DNA from: Cenarchaeum sp.
GTDB lineage: Archaea > Thermoproteota > Nitrososphaeria > Nitrososphaerales > Nitrosopumilaceae
Assembly (NCBI GenBank): GCA_965242695.1
Contig: CBDESU010000002.1
Span: 1,024,001-1,088,000 of the forward strand
DNA: 64,000 nucleotides
Direction of reading: 5' to 3'
Notes under the pieces: model-generated
Told to the model about the DNA's origin: nothing
Database searches by the model: none
The model's input: only the letters and a program-made list of their open reading frames with translations
Shown: piece after piece, positions 9,848 to 19,724 of the stretch
Numbering within the stretch: the first letter of the stretch is position 1
How the letters are laid out: every line of letters begins with the position of its first letter
Program-made: the position numbers and the translations under genes

Positions 9848-10732
9848 CTAGGCCTTGCGGCCGCACTGCTCGCAGAACTTTGCGCCGGAGCCGTTGGCGA
9901 ACCCGCAGGCGGGGCATGCGGGGGAGGAGGCCGCCGGCCCGCCGGAGGGATCCTCTGCGCAGCACGCGTCGTCGCAGGCCCTGAGCAGTATGACCTCGCC
10001 GATCTTTCCAATCCTGCCCCACCGCACCGTCGTGTCGCCGCCGTTGGGCGCCTGGACGATCAGGACTATGCCGCTGTCCTTGGCGACGCCGACCTCCCTT
10101 GCCGTCCCCACGACGTTTCCGTTCTCGTCAAAGACCGACATGCCGGCTATTGGCCTCACCGCCTCGGGCTGCCCTTCCGGCTGTGGCGCCGGCGGGGTGA
10201 CCTCGGCCGCCTGCTGCGCTACGGGCGCCTCTGCCACCGGGGCCGGCCGTGGCGCCGGCGGGGTGACCTCGGCCGCCTGCTGCGCTACGGGCGCCTCTGC
10301 CACCGGGGCCGGCCGTGGCGCCGGCGGGGTGACCTCGGCCGCCTGCTGCGCCGGGGCCTGCGTCTGCGTCAGCTCCGCCTCGGTCTTTGCCCTGCCCACC
10401 TCGGCGCTCTCGTCGCCCTTTCTGAATACCCTGTACTCTGCTATCGTCGAGGTGCAGTTGTTGCACGCATACTGGCCCTTTTCGGCCAGGATCAGGTTCT
10501 CGGCGACCTCCTCGTTGGGGCTCTCGTAGTCTATGCGGGGGCCGCCCTCGAACTCCTTCTCGCACGTGTTGCAGTAGTACTTTGACATGACGCCGGGGTC
10601 CAGCCTTCCGATCGGCGACAGGAACAGGTCGGGCCCGCCAAGGTTGCCCTTGACCTGCTCCTCGTCGGTGACGCGGGCAATGACGTAGCCTCCCGAGCCC
10701 CGCAGCTTCTTGATCCTCTCGTCAGAGCTCAC
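9848..10732 (-). CDS. Zinc-ribbon / PRC-barrel-like domain protein
   Basis: GTG start (SSDERIKKLRG), tttaaa upstream; CNTC/CNNC, GMSVFDENG segment, C-terminal CPACG..FCEQCG; internal 22-aa repeats. Confidence 0.75.
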   Translation of the reverse strand: MSSDERIKKLRGSGGYVIARVTDEEQVKGNLGGPDLFLSPIGRLDPGVMSKYYCNTCEKEFEGGPRIDYESPNEEVAENLILAEKGQYACNNCTSTIAEYRVFRKGDESAEVGRAKTEAELTQTQAPAQQAAEVTPPAPRPAPVAEAPVAQQAAEVTPPAPRPAPVAEAPVAQQAAEVTPPAPQPEGQPEAVRPIAGMSVFDENGNVVGTAREVGVAKDSGIVLIVQAPNGGDTTVRWGRIGKIGEVILLRACDDACCAEDPSGGPAASSPACPACGFANGSGAKFCEQCGRKA

Positions 10733-10820
10733 GGGGCGTGGGCCCGCCGGCCCGCATTTAAACCGTCTCGGGGCGCCCGTCGCGCCTGCGCCGCCCGTGG
10801 CCCGCGCCTGCGCCGCACGG

Positions 10821-10994
10821 CCGCAGCGGGCCGCCGCCGGCCGGCCCCTGCCGCGCTCGCGCCGGGTGCTGCGTCGCGCTCGGTGCCGAGCCGCAGCGGG
10901 CCGCCGCCGGCCGGCCCCTGCCGCGCTCGCGCCGGGTGCTGCGTCGCGCTCGGTGCCGAGCCGCAGCGGGCCGCCGCCGGCCGGCCCCTGCCGC
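10821..10994. repeat. Intergenic 70-bp perfect tandem repeat x ~2.5
   Basis: Identical units begin at 10821, 10891 and 10961 (partial). Confidence 0.92.
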
Positions 10995-11036
10995 CGCCCG
11001 CTGAAGGTATTTAGGGCCGCCCCTGCGCCGCCTGCC

Positions 11037-11363
11037 ATGAGCGTTGCCGACATTAGCGACATGAAGGCGTGGGAGACGGACGTCATGAACGCGCCGGTTC
11101 CCGTGCTTGTCGACTTTTGGGCCGAGTGGTGCGGCCCGTGCAGGATGGTCAGCCCGATCATCGAAGAGCTTGCGTCCGACTACGACGGCAGGGTCAACTT
11201 TGCCAAGGTCAACGTGGACAAGGCGCAGGATCTCGCCGCCAAGTACACTGTAATGAGCATCCCCACGGTGATCCTCTTCAACAAGGGGGAAGAGGTCGCA
11301 AAGCAGGTCGGGGCAGCCTCGAAGGACAACTTCGCGGCCATGATCGACAGGGCGCTCGGCTAG
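11037..11363 (+). CDS. trxA: Thioredoxin
   Basis: VDFWAEWCGPC, SIPT; tattta upstream. Confidence 0.95.
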   Translation: MSVADISDMKAWETDVMNAPVPVLVDFWAEWCGPCRMVSPIIEELASDYDGRVNFAKVNVDKAQDLAAKYTVMSIPTVILFNKGEEVAKQVGAASKDNFAAMIDRALG

Positions 11364-11509
11364 GCCGGGCCCTAGCGGCCGGCGCCGAGCCGATGCTTCT
11401 GCCCGTTTTTTGTCTGCCCTCGTCTCCTCCCGCCTGCGCATCGAGCGGCCGGCGCGGCGAGGGCTGCCGGCGCCAAACCCATTAATAGCGCGCCCATGAC
11501 GGGCCGCCC

Positions 11510-12100
11510 ATGTCGCTAGGAGAGGTCGACACGCTCAACCTCCTGACCGAAAAGCTCGAGAACCTGTTCAACGAGTCGCAGGGGTACTATGAGAGCTTTC
11601 TGGACACGAACAACCTGTACAAGGCCGGCAAGATGTCCGACAAGGAGTTCTTTGCAAAGCTCGGCGACTACACGGTGGCGTACTCTGCCCTAGAGTTCCT
11701 GGCCATCAAGGTCATCCTTGAGATCAAAAAGTCGCTCGACAAGGTCGCCGGCGGCCAGGCGCCCGGAGGCACGCAGTCGCCGGGCCTCATGCCGGGCATG
11801 GGGCCCGCCGGCATGGCCGCCGGCGGCGGGATGCCGGGCGCCGGAATGGCGGCCCCGCCGCCCCGCCTGGGGACCGCCGCATCGCCGGTCGGCGCGCCGC
11901 CGCAGATCGTCTCGGCCGGCCAGGGATTTGGCCAGCCCGGGACCCTCCCGTCGCCGGACCCGAGCCTGATGCAGCAGGCGCCCCCGTCTTCGGCGCCCCC
12001 GCCGCAACAGCCTGCCGCCGGGGGATCCGCATGCGCCTCGTGCGGCGCGCCGCTGCGGGCCAACGCAAAGTTCTGCACAAAGTGCGGCCGCAAGGTGTGA
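11510..12100 (+). CDS. Zinc-ribbon domain protein
   Basis: Ordered N-terminal domain, Pro/Gly linker, CASCG..FCTKCG. Confidence 0.8.
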   Translation: MSLGEVDTLNLLTEKLENLFNESQGYYESFLDTNNLYKAGKMSDKEFFAKLGDYTVAYSALEFLAIKVILEIKKSLDKVAGGQAPGGTQSPGLMPGMGPAGMAAGGGMPGAGMAAPPPRLGTAASPVGAPPQIVSAGQGFGQPGTLPSPDPSLMQQAPPSSAPPPQQPAAGGSACASCGAPLRANAKFCTKCGRKV

Positions 12101-12128
12101 GGCGCGGACGCCGCCGGCCCCTGATGCG

Positions 12129-12512
12129 CTACCCGTCGAGCGTCGTGCCGCACTCGGTGCAGAACTTGGCAGACGACGAGACCTTTTTGCCGCACTCGGA
12201 GCAGAACTTTGAAGCGCCGTCGGCGACGGTCGCCGCCTCGGCGTCGGCCTTTTGGTTGCCGTACATGGCCGACGCCCTCACGGCGCCGGTCGGCGTGTAG
12301 CTTTCCTCGTCGACCACGGCCACCGGCGCATCGTCCCTCTCGTCGACGTACGTGTACAGCCTGGGAATGGGATCGCCTCCGCCGGACCTGTCGGGCACCA
12401 TGTCGCCGAGCCAGAACGCAAAGCGCTTGAGGGTCAGGTCGGGCGTCGAGAACGTCAGCGTGTGCGCCGCCATGTAGTCCTCGGCCGCCTTCCTTCCGTC
12501 AAAGACCTTCAA
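12129..12512 (-). CDS. Zinc-ribbon domain protein
   Basis: TTG start (KVFDGRKAAEDYM); C-terminal FCSECG..FCTECG; ttatag upstream. Confidence 0.75.
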   Translation of the reverse strand: MKVFDGRKAAEDYMAAHTLTFSTPDLTLKRFAFWLGDMVPDRSGGGDPIPRLYTYVDERDDAPVAVVDEESYTPTGAVRASAMYGNQKADAEAATVADGASKFCSECGKKVSSSAKFCTECGTTLDG

Positions 12513-12563
12513 TCGGCGGGGCCCGCACGGCGGCATGCTATAACGTTTGCCGCCGCCGCGCCG

Positions 12564-13109
12564 TCAGCGGCCTAGCTCCGTCCTGCCGCCGTCGCGGCCC
12601 CTGCCGAGCAGCTCCATAGTCCTGGCAAACTCGGCGGCATCGGCCTTGGTGTGCCCCACCTCGTCGGCCCACTCGCCGTACATGGACTCTATGTGCATGC
12701 GGATGACGGCTATTCCCTGCACGATCTCCTTGTCGGCCACCCCTGCGACGTACTTGTCTGCCTCGGCGTAGCAGTTGCGCATCTCCTGGAGGATGGCAAG
12801 GCGCTCGACGGCCGTCCTGTCCCGCATCGACCTGCGCAGCCTGCCGACGTGCTCTATCGTGGCCGTGATGCGCTTTAGCCCGTTGCCGTGCATGTACTGG
12901 CGCACGATCAGGGGCGTCATGACGGCCCACATGGTCACCTTGACCGCGTCGACGGCCACGCCGAAGGAACCGACGCCGAACGGGCTGTCCTGCACGGCGA
13001 CGCTCACCGGCAGGTAGGCGAGCACGCCGAGCATCACGAGGAACAGCACGAACTGCCGCCTCTCGCCGCGTCGCGGCGCGAGCAGCGAGCGGGGGCCGAA
13101 GAGCGCCAT
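12564..13109 (-). CDS. Hypothetical membrane-anchored protein
   Basis: Two hydrophobic helices followed by a helical soluble domain; start uncertain. Confidence 0.6.
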   Translation of the reverse strand: MALFGPRSLLAPRRGERRQFVLFLVMLGVLAYLPVSVAVQDSPFGVGSFGVAVDAVKVTMWAVMTPLIVRQYMHGNGLKRITATIEHVGRLRRSMRDRTAVERLAILQEMRNCYAEADKYVAGVADKEIVQGIAVIRMHIESMYGEWADEVGHTKADAAEFARTMELLGRGRDGGRTELGR

Positions 13110-13337
13110 GCGGCTCACTCCTCCCCTCCGGGGAGCGGCGGCGCGCAACCCGAACGCCCCGCGGCCGCCGGCCGTGGGCTGCGCCTCCCCTCTCTTCCGT
13201 CCATGCCTTGCGCCATTCCGGCGTGCCGCCGTACCGTATGTATAAGTACCTTTTGATTTTGATGCGCGCCCGCATCCCGTGAGGGATCGAGCCGCCGGGC
13301 GGCGGAGCGCGCCCCGCCGCCCGCACGCGAAGAATTG

Positions 13338-13412
13338 TGGTGGACCGGAAGGGAATTGAACCCTCGACTTCTGCGTTGCGAACGCAGCGTTATACCACTA
13401 AACCACCGGCCC
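13338..13412 (-). tRNA. tRNA-Ala (anticodon CGC), CCA encoded
   Basis: GGGCCGG/CCGGTCC acceptor stem with G3:U70; CTGCG-TTCGCAA-CGCAG anticodon arm; GGTTCAA T-loop. Confidence 0.96.
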
Positions 13413-13760
13413 GTGCACCGCCGCGCAGCCGCCCGCATTTTAACCGTTGCGCGCCCCGCGCCGCATCCTGGGGGGGGGGCTCCTCGCTAGGGGCACCTCT
13501 CTCCCAATGCGGCCGCGGCTTATATGGCCGCGAGGCCTGCGCAGGGCAATGACGGCGAAAGGCGCAAGAGCGTGCCCGACGACCCTGCGGGCAGCCGCCG
13601 CCCAGCCCCTCGCCGGAGCGCGCTGCGCAGCTGCGGGCGGCGGCGCCGGCTCGGATGCCGTCTTGACGGGCGCCCCTGATCCGAAAAAAACGCATGAGGA
13701 GGCTCCCGACGACATGGCGCCCGGCGGGAGCGGCGCCGAGTGGGCGGCCGCCCCCGAGCC

Positions 13761-14546
13761 ATGAACCGCCGAACGCTGGCAGCCGCCAGCATCCTTCCGT
13801 GCCTGGCCATCCTTGCGCTCAACCTCGGCGCGGTGCACGGGCACTACGCATACTCGGTGCCGGTCGCCGAATCGGCGGTGGACTTTTACTTCATAAGCTA
13901 TATAATAGCCGAAAAGGACGACTACAATTATCACGTGCAGCTCTTTCCCCCGCGAGAAATATACGTGAGGGAGTATCCGATGGCCGAGAATCGAACGCCC
14001 GGCGAATTTACAATCAAAAGCGTAACGCAGGCGGGAGCCGAAACAATCAGGATCGACTTTGCCGACAACAACTACGCCATAACGAACTCCGAAAGCGGCC
14101 TGTCGTACAGGCCCCTGCCCGTCTTCTCGCACGCCGAGACGATCAGGGTGAATCAGACCTTTGTCGCCATGTGCAACGACGTTCCCCGGCCGTGGGCGGA
14201 TGACGGCGACAGCTACGGCACGCCGCTAGTCATCTATCAGTACAGAGGGCGTGAGGTGCACGAGGTGGATAGGGTAAAACAGATAGTGCCCGTCGACAGC
14301 GAGGACGATGTGCAGGAGGGGGCGGCCCTGCTAATGCACGGCGACCTGCTCTACTCGGCAAAATGGAAGGATCTGGACCCGCCCAAAAGGATACCCGTGC
14401 ACAAGTTCCTGTGGATATCGGCGTTTACGTACGGCGAGATGTCGTGCGACTATCCCTCTGTCATCCGGCACACTGTGGACTCGAAGCGGGTCGGGCCAGC
14501 CGACGTAGCCTCCTTCAGCGGCGACCTGTACGACATGTACAAGTAG
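13761..14546 (+). CDS. Secreted/membrane-anchored hypothetical protein (paralog of 38055..38828)
   Basis: Signal-like N-terminus; shares PVFSHxETIxVNQTFVxMC, PVHKFL, CDYP, LYDMY with the paralog. Confidence 0.75.
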   Translation: MNRRTLAAASILPCLAILALNLGAVHGHYAYSVPVAESAVDFYFISYIIAEKDDYNYHVQLFPPREIYVREYPMAENRTPGEFTIKSVTQAGAETIRIDFADNNYAITNSESGLSYRPLPVFSHAETIRVNQTFVAMCNDVPRPWADDGDSYGTPLVIYQYRGREVHEVDRVKQIVPVDSEDDVQEGAALLMHGDLLYSAKWKDLDPPKRIPVHKFLWISAFTYGEMSCDYPSVIRHTVDSKRVGPADVASFSGDLYDMYK

Positions 14547-14909
14547 CGCGTCGCGCCCCTGCCGCAGGCGCGATCGCCGCTCCTGTTTCCCGCCGCGCCA
14601 CTGGCTGCAAGGCCTGCCCCGATGCGCGGCACGGCTCCCGCAAAGTCGCAGGCGGTTGTGAAGCCGGCCCGCCCGGGGCTTGGATCTGCGGGGCCTGAGG
14701 CGCGGCTTTTGCCCACGCCGCGGCCCGAAGTGTGTGCGGGACGGCTAACTCTGCGATGCCTTTCACTCCTCCGCCCTGCATCCCGCCAGGCCTAGTACTG
14801 TGGCCGCCGCGCCGCGCGTTCCGGCCGCGCAGCCCGCTGCCAAGGTGCCCTGCGATGCGGGCCGCACCCGGCCGCCACACCATAATACCCCGCCCCCCGC
14901 CGCCGCGCC

Positions 14910-16331
14910 GTGACAGTCGACGCCGTCGTAACCGGCTCGCACGTGGTCCTGCCCGGCGGCATGGTGGACAGGAACATCGTAGTCGACGACGGGCGGATCG
15001 CGGGGCTGACGACGGACGAGCCGGCCTGCGACCGCCGCATCCGGGCAGACGGACTGGTGTCGATCCCCGGCGTAATCGACCCTCACGTGCACTACGGGGT
15101 GTACACTCCGATCGAGAGGGCCGCAAGGACCGAGTCGCATGCGGCCGCCGTCGGCGGCGTCACCACAATGATGCGCATGCTGCGGCTCGGCGGATCGTAC
15201 CGCAAGGGCCTCGATGCGCACCTCGAGGCCAGCTCGCGCGCGCACTACATCGACTATACGCTGCACGCGTCGATATTCGACGCCGGGCAGGCCTCGGAGA
15301 TGGAGTTTTGCGCATCCCGGGGCGCCGCCTCGTTCAAGCTCTACATGAACCTGGGCGGCGAGATCGGTCACGTCTACATGGACATGCCGCCGGACTCGTC
15401 CGAGCTTGCCGAGGCGCGCGTCGAGGTCGGCGCCGAGACGGTCCGCGCCGTTGTCCAGACGGCCGCCAGGCTGGGGCTCCCCGTACTGGTGCACGCCGAG
15501 GACTACGAGTCGTGCTCGTGCGGCATGCGCGAGGCGCGGGAAAAAAGGCTCGACGGCCTCGGAGCATGGTCGGAGAGCCGCTCGCCAGAGTACGAGGCAA
15601 AGTCCATCGCCGAGGTGTCGGCGCTGGCGCGGCAGTACGGATGCACGCTGTACCTTGTTCACGTCGGCTCGGCGAGGGCCCTCGAGCAGGCGCGGGCCGA
15701 GCGCAGGGCCGGCACACGCATACGCATCGAGACGTGCCCTCACTACCTGGTCCTGTCCCACGAGGGCTGCGGCGGGTACCGCGCAAAGGTCATGCCCCCG
15801 ATCCGGACGAGGCGCGACAACGAGGCCGTGTGGGCCGCCCTGGCGGCCGGCGAGATCGACACCGTCGGGACCGACCACGTGGCCAACCGGCTGGACCACA
15901 AGCTCGCCGGCGACGACGTCTGGGGCGCGCTGGCCGGGTTCCCGGGGATAGGGACGCTCCTGCCCATCCTGCTGAGCGAGGGCGTCGGCAGGGGGCGCGT
16001 GTCGTTCGAGCGCCTCGCATCGCTCACGAGCGGCGCCGCGGCTGGCATATTCTCGATGGGGCCCGCCAAGGGGTCGCTTGCGGAGGGGTCGGACGCGGAC
16101 ATTACGGTCGTCGATCCGCGCCTGGAGAGGGAGGTCTCGGCCGAGATGTTCGGCGGGCACTCGGACTATACGGTGTACGAGGGCCTCCGGCTCAGGGGCT
16201 GGCCGGTCAAGACGATGGTCAGGGGCGAGATGGTCGCCGAGGACTTTGAGGTCGTCGGGCGCGCGGGGCACGGCAGGCTCGTGCCTAGGCCGGCGCGCGG
16301 CGCCGGGCGGGGGCAACCGACCAATTTATAA
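14910..16331 (+). CDS. Cyclic amidohydrolase (dihydroorotase/allantoinase/dihydropyrimidinase family)
   Basis: PGVIDPHVH, GGVTT, FKLY, VHAE, ETCPHYL, GTDH, GSDADI. Confidence 0.88.
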   Translation: MTVDAVVTGSHVVLPGGMVDRNIVVDDGRIAGLTTDEPACDRRIRADGLVSIPGVIDPHVHYGVYTPIERAARTESHAAAVGGVTTMMRMLRLGGSYRKGLDAHLEASSRAHYIDYTLHASIFDAGQASEMEFCASRGAASFKLYMNLGGEIGHVYMDMPPDSSELAEARVEVGAETVRAVVQTAARLGLPVLVHAEDYESCSCGMREAREKRLDGLGAWSESRSPEYEAKSIAEVSALARQYGCTLYLVHVGSARALEQARAERRAGTRIRIETCPHYLVLSHEGCGGYRAKVMPPIRTRRDNEAVWAALAAGEIDTVGTDHVANRLDHKLAGDDVWGALAGFPGIGTLLPILLSEGVGRGRVSFERLASLTSGAAAGIFSMGPAKGSLAEGSDADITVVDPRLEREVSAEMFGGHSDYTVYEGLRLRGWPVKTMVRGEMVAEDFEVVGRAGHGRLVPRPARGAGRGQPTNL

Positions 16332-16354
16332 TTCTATGGAATAGCCGCCCGGCA

Positions 16355-17482
16355 ATGGCAACTATTGACAAGGTTGCAGTGGCATGGACCATTGCAATCG
16401 TGGCCGCTGGGGTGGGACTTGCTGCGATGGGCGACAGCCTGCAGAGCAGCAGTCCGGCGCCGACGGCTACGGTTCCTGCCCCCGCACCCGCACCTGCCCC
16501 CGCACCCGCACCTGCTCCGACAGAGGACGCGCCGTCTGTGCGCGACGACATGATGACGGTCCCGTCAGGGGACGACGACATGATGGCGATGACCGAGGAC
16601 GAAGAGGACGACGACATGATGGCGATGACCGAGGACGAAGAGGACGACGACATGATGGCGATGACCGAGGACGAAGAGGACGACGACATGATGGCGATGA
16701 CCGAGGACGAAGAGGACGACGACATGATGGCGATGACCGAGGACGAAGAGGACGACGACATGATGGCCGCCGCCTCCGAGGAAGAGGACGACGACGACAT
16801 GATGGCGATGACCGAGGACGAAGAGGACGACGACATGATGGCCGCCGCCTCCGAGGAAGAGGACGACGACATGATGGCCGCCGCCTCCGAGGAAGAGGAC
16901 GACGACATGATGGCGATGACCGAGGACGACGACGACATGATGGCCGCCGCCTCCGAGGAAGAGGACGACGACATGATGGCGATGACCGAGGACGACGACG
17001 ACATGATGGCCGCCGCCTCCGAGGAAGAGGACGACGACATGATGGCCGCCGCCTCCGAGGAAGAGGACGACGACATGATGGCCGCCGCCTCCGAGGAAGA
17101 GGACGACGACATGATGGCCGCCGCCTCCGAGGAAGAGGACGACGACATGATGGCGATGACCGATGACGACGAAGGCGGATCGCAGACATACGAGGTCTCC
17201 ATGCCAGCCGGGACGTCCGTCCTAGGCTGCGAAAAGACCGACGAATGCTACATACCGTCCGAGATAACGGTCGAACTTGGCGACACGGTCACGTGGGTCA
17301 ACGACGACACTGCTGCCCACACGGTAACAAGCGGAACAATCGACGGCGGGCCAGACGGCAGGTTCGACAGCAGCCTGATGCTGCCGGATCAAACCTTCTC
17401 GTTCACCTTTGAGGCCGCAGGGGACTACGACTACTACTGCATCGTCCACCCGTGGATGATCGGCAAGGTAGTCGCACCGTAA
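16355..17482 (+). CDS. Membrane-anchored plastocyanin-like cupredoxin with a long Met/Asp/Glu repeat linker
   Basis: N-terminal TM; WVNDDTAAHTVTSG and YYCIVHPWM supply the H-C-H-M type-1 Cu ligands. Confidence 0.9.
   Translation: MATIDKVAVAWTIAIVAAGVGLAAMGDSLQSSSPAPTATVPAPAPAPAPAPAPAPTEDAPSVRDDMMTVPSGDDDMMAMTEDEEDDDMMAMTEDEEDDDMMAMTEDEEDDDMMAMTEDEEDDDMMAMTEDEEDDDMMAAASEEEDDDDMMAMTEDEEDDDMMAAASEEEDDDMMAAASEEEDDDMMAMTEDDDDMMAAASEEEDDDMMAMTEDDDDMMAAASEEEDDDMMAAASEEEDDDMMAAASEEEDDDMMAAASEEEDDDMMAMTDDDEGGSQTYEVSMPAGTSVLGCEKTDECYIPSEITVELGDTVTWVNDDTAAHTVTSGTIDGGPDGRFDSSLMLPDQTFSFTFEAAGDYDYYCIVHPWMIGKVVAP
16571..17170 (+). repeat. Coding minisatellite, ~17 units of mostly 36 bp in two interleaved types (DDDMMAMTEDEE / DDDMMAAASEEE)
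   Basis: Read directly from the sequence. Confidence 0.95.
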
Positions 17483-17488
17483 CCCTGC

Positions 17489-17501
17489 ATCTTCTTTTTT
17501 C
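17489..17501 (+). terminator. Archaeal oligo-T terminator
   Basis: cttctttttttc just after the cupredoxin stop. Confidence 0.55.
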
Positions 17502-17525
17502 ACACACGGCGCGCGCCGGCCGCGG

Positions 17526-18041
17526 TCACGCCCCCTGCCGCGCCCCGCCGCACCCGCCCGATGCGTAGAACTCGGCCGCTGCCGCTCTGATCTCGCCGTC
17601 CGTCATGTCCCTCTTGCGGGTCAGGATGGACCATGCGTGGCCGAACGGGTCGAGCACCACCCCGTGCCGGTCGCCCCAGAACGCGTCGCTCATGGGCACG
17701 ACCGGCGCGGCCCCCGCCGCCAGCGCCCTGGCGAACAGGGCGTCGGCGTCGCCGACGTACAGGTACAGCGACGACGAGACGGCGCCCGTCGAGGCAGGCG
17801 AGCGCATGTTCATCTCCTCAAACTCGTCCGAGAGAAACACGAACGAGTCGCCTATCCTGATCTGCGCGTGGGCGACCCTCCCGCCGGGGGCCTCGAACAC
17901 GTTGATCCGCTCTGCCCCGAACGCCCTCTCGTAGAACCTGACGGCCTCCCTCGCATCGGCTACGACGAGGGCGGGGGTGGCCGTGTGGAACCCCTCGGGG
18001 ACGGCCCCTGGGCTTCCGCTGCCGCCTGGCTCCTCCGCCAT
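17526..18041 (-). CDS. VOC/glyoxalase (PhnB-like) protein
   Basis: VPEGFHTATP, FYERAFGA, HAQIRIGDS, DAFWGDRHG..DPFGHAW. Confidence 0.9.
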   Translation of the reverse strand: MAEEPGGSGSPGAVPEGFHTATPALVVADAREAVRFYERAFGAERINVFEAPGGRVAHAQIRIGDSFVFLSDEFEEMNMRSPASTGAVSSSLYLYVGDADALFARALAAGAAPVVPMSDAFWGDRHGVVLDPFGHAWSILTRKRDMTDGEIRAAAAEFYASGGCGGARQGA

Positions 18042-18320
18042 CAACGCCCTGGACCGGCCGGCAAATATCAACCGTCATGCGCTGCCGCCTCGGGCCGCCT
18101 CGGGCCGCCTCGGGCCGCCCTGCCGCCATGCGCGCCCGCCCTGCCGCCATGCGCGCCCGCGAGAGCGCCGATCGGGGGCAGCGCGCCGCCCGCGCCGCCG
18201 CCCTTTGTCCGGTCAGCGGCCTGAAGGACTGCGTATGTACGAGGGGTGCTGGCTAGGACGGGTTGCGGACGCAATAATCCCGAACAATAGTGTTATATAC
18301 AGTGGCCGGGCCGCCCGGCC

Positions 18321-18683
18321 ATGGTTGCAATCTCGACTTTGGCGTTCGGCATCGGCGCCCTGGCCGTCCTTGGCGTGGTCGCGTACGACGGCGACCCGGC
18401 GCCGTCCGCTGCGCCCGCAGGCGGAGCCGCCGCCCCCGACTGCTCGGACGCCGACGGCATGGCCTGCGAGGTCGCCGGCGCCGTCCGCGTCGCCGAGCGG
18501 CTCGCGGCAGGCACGCTGCACGCCGCAGCAGACGGCGCAGTAGTGGCGGCCGGCCTGGCCGACGAGGCCGTCGACGCGGCCGCCGATATCGGCAGGAGCG
18601 CCGTAGAGGACGTGCGCGAGTCCCAGACCGGCCTGCACTCGCCGATCGGCCAGTTCTCGCGCCTGCACGTGCCGGGCCCCTAG
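18321..18683 (+). CDS. Small secreted hypothetical protein
   Basis: Signal-like N-terminus; ttatata ~25 bp upstream. Confidence 0.55.
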   Translation: MVAISTLAFGIGALAVLGVVAYDGDPAPSAAPAGGAAAPDCSDADGMACEVAGAVRVAERLAAGTLHAAADGAVVAAGLADEAVDAAADIGRSAVEDVRESQTGLHSPIGQFSRLHVPGP

Positions 18684-18752
18684 GCGGCCCGCCGGGCCGG
18701 CGCTGCCGGCATGTTTTTGTCCGCGTCTCGACGCGGCCGCCGCCTGCCGCCG

Positions 18753-19724
18753 TCAGGCAAACGCGCTGATCAGCCGCCGCGCGAGGCGGTAGTCGAGCCG
18801 CCGCCTGTACGCGCCGTCCCTGCGAAGCCCCTTGAACGGCGTGAGGAAGACGTCGTGGGTCTTACTGCGGAACTCGTCGAGCCCGCCGTTGAGACGCTCG
18901 ATCGTGCCGTCGTCCACGCCGATCCCGCTTATCCTCGTGACCGAGCGCGACGAGTAGAGTATCTCGTGCGGCAGCTCGGCGCCTCGGCAAAAGCGGATCG
19001 ACGGGCCGCGCGTGTTGTCGACGCCGAGCAGGCCTAGATCGCCGCGCGGGTCGTTGAAGCGCAGGCGGGATCCAACCGGCCCGCTCGGCGGCGGCAGCTC
19101 CTTTTCCAGCTCGCCGAGCTCCCCGATGCGCGTGTCGTCGTGCCAGACGTCCGTGCGCTCCTCCTTGCCTGCGTGGAACATCGCCAGGCACGTCGGGTTT
19201 TCCGTGCCGTCGAAGGCGAGCCGGTGCAGGAACGCGATTGAGCGGAGGCGTCTGCGAAACAGGCCGCTGTGCAGGAACGATGCGGGAATCAAAAACGCCA
19301 CGTTCTCGCAGTGGTCGAGCGCCAGATCGAGGCAGTGCTTGTACAGGTCGTCGTACGGGGTGTCAGGGTATTCCAGGCGCCGGCGGGCTGCCGAGCTGCG
19401 GCCGAGCCAGGGCGGGTTGCTGATGCAGTTGCGGTGGCCAGGAGGGAACGACCCGATCGTGTCGCGGCGCTCGACGCCCGCGATCCCGGGCCGTATGTCG
19501 TACGATGTGGCCCTGACGCGCCCCCAGCCGGCGTCCCTCAGCATCCCTACGATGTGGTTGGCGCCGGCAAACGGCTCTAGCACCTCGGAGCGGCCGGCCC
19601 GATCAGCCCACTCGGTGAACGGGGGCAGCCTGAACGGGTTGTAGTTGGTCGTGTAGTACTGCCCCAGGCGGCGGCGCGCCTGCTGCCCTGGCTCGGCCGC
19701 CTCTTCGAGCATAGCCTGGCGCAT
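18753..19724 (-). CDS. Orphan amino-DNA methyltransferase (gamma-like motif order)
   Basis: GQYYT (X), LEPFAG (I), ISNPPW (IV), FLIPASF; tttata upstream. Confidence 0.8.
   Translation of the reverse strand: MRQAMLEEAAEPGQQARRRLGQYYTTNYNPFRLPPFTEWADRAGRSEVLEPFAGANHIVGMLRDAGWGRVRATSYDIRPGIAGVERRDTIGSFPPGHRNCISNPPWLGRSSAARRRLEYPDTPYDDLYKHCLDLALDHCENVAFLIPASFLHSGLFRRRLRSIAFLHRLAFDGTENPTCLAMFHAGKEERTDVWHDDTRIGELGELEKELPPPSGPVGSRLRFNDPRGDLGLLGVDNTRGPSIRFCRGAELPHEILYSSRSVTRISGIGVDDGTIERLNGGLDEFRSKTHDVFLTPFKGLRRDGAYRRRLDYRLARRLISAFA

Noticed and set aside
16571-17170. 36-bp periodic array as a possible CRISPR
   Set aside because: No unique spacers, in frame within a CDS, and no cas genes in the window.
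18080-18160. Short 10-bp and ~21-bp tandem repeats
   Set aside because: Simple GC-rich slippage repeats with no further structure.
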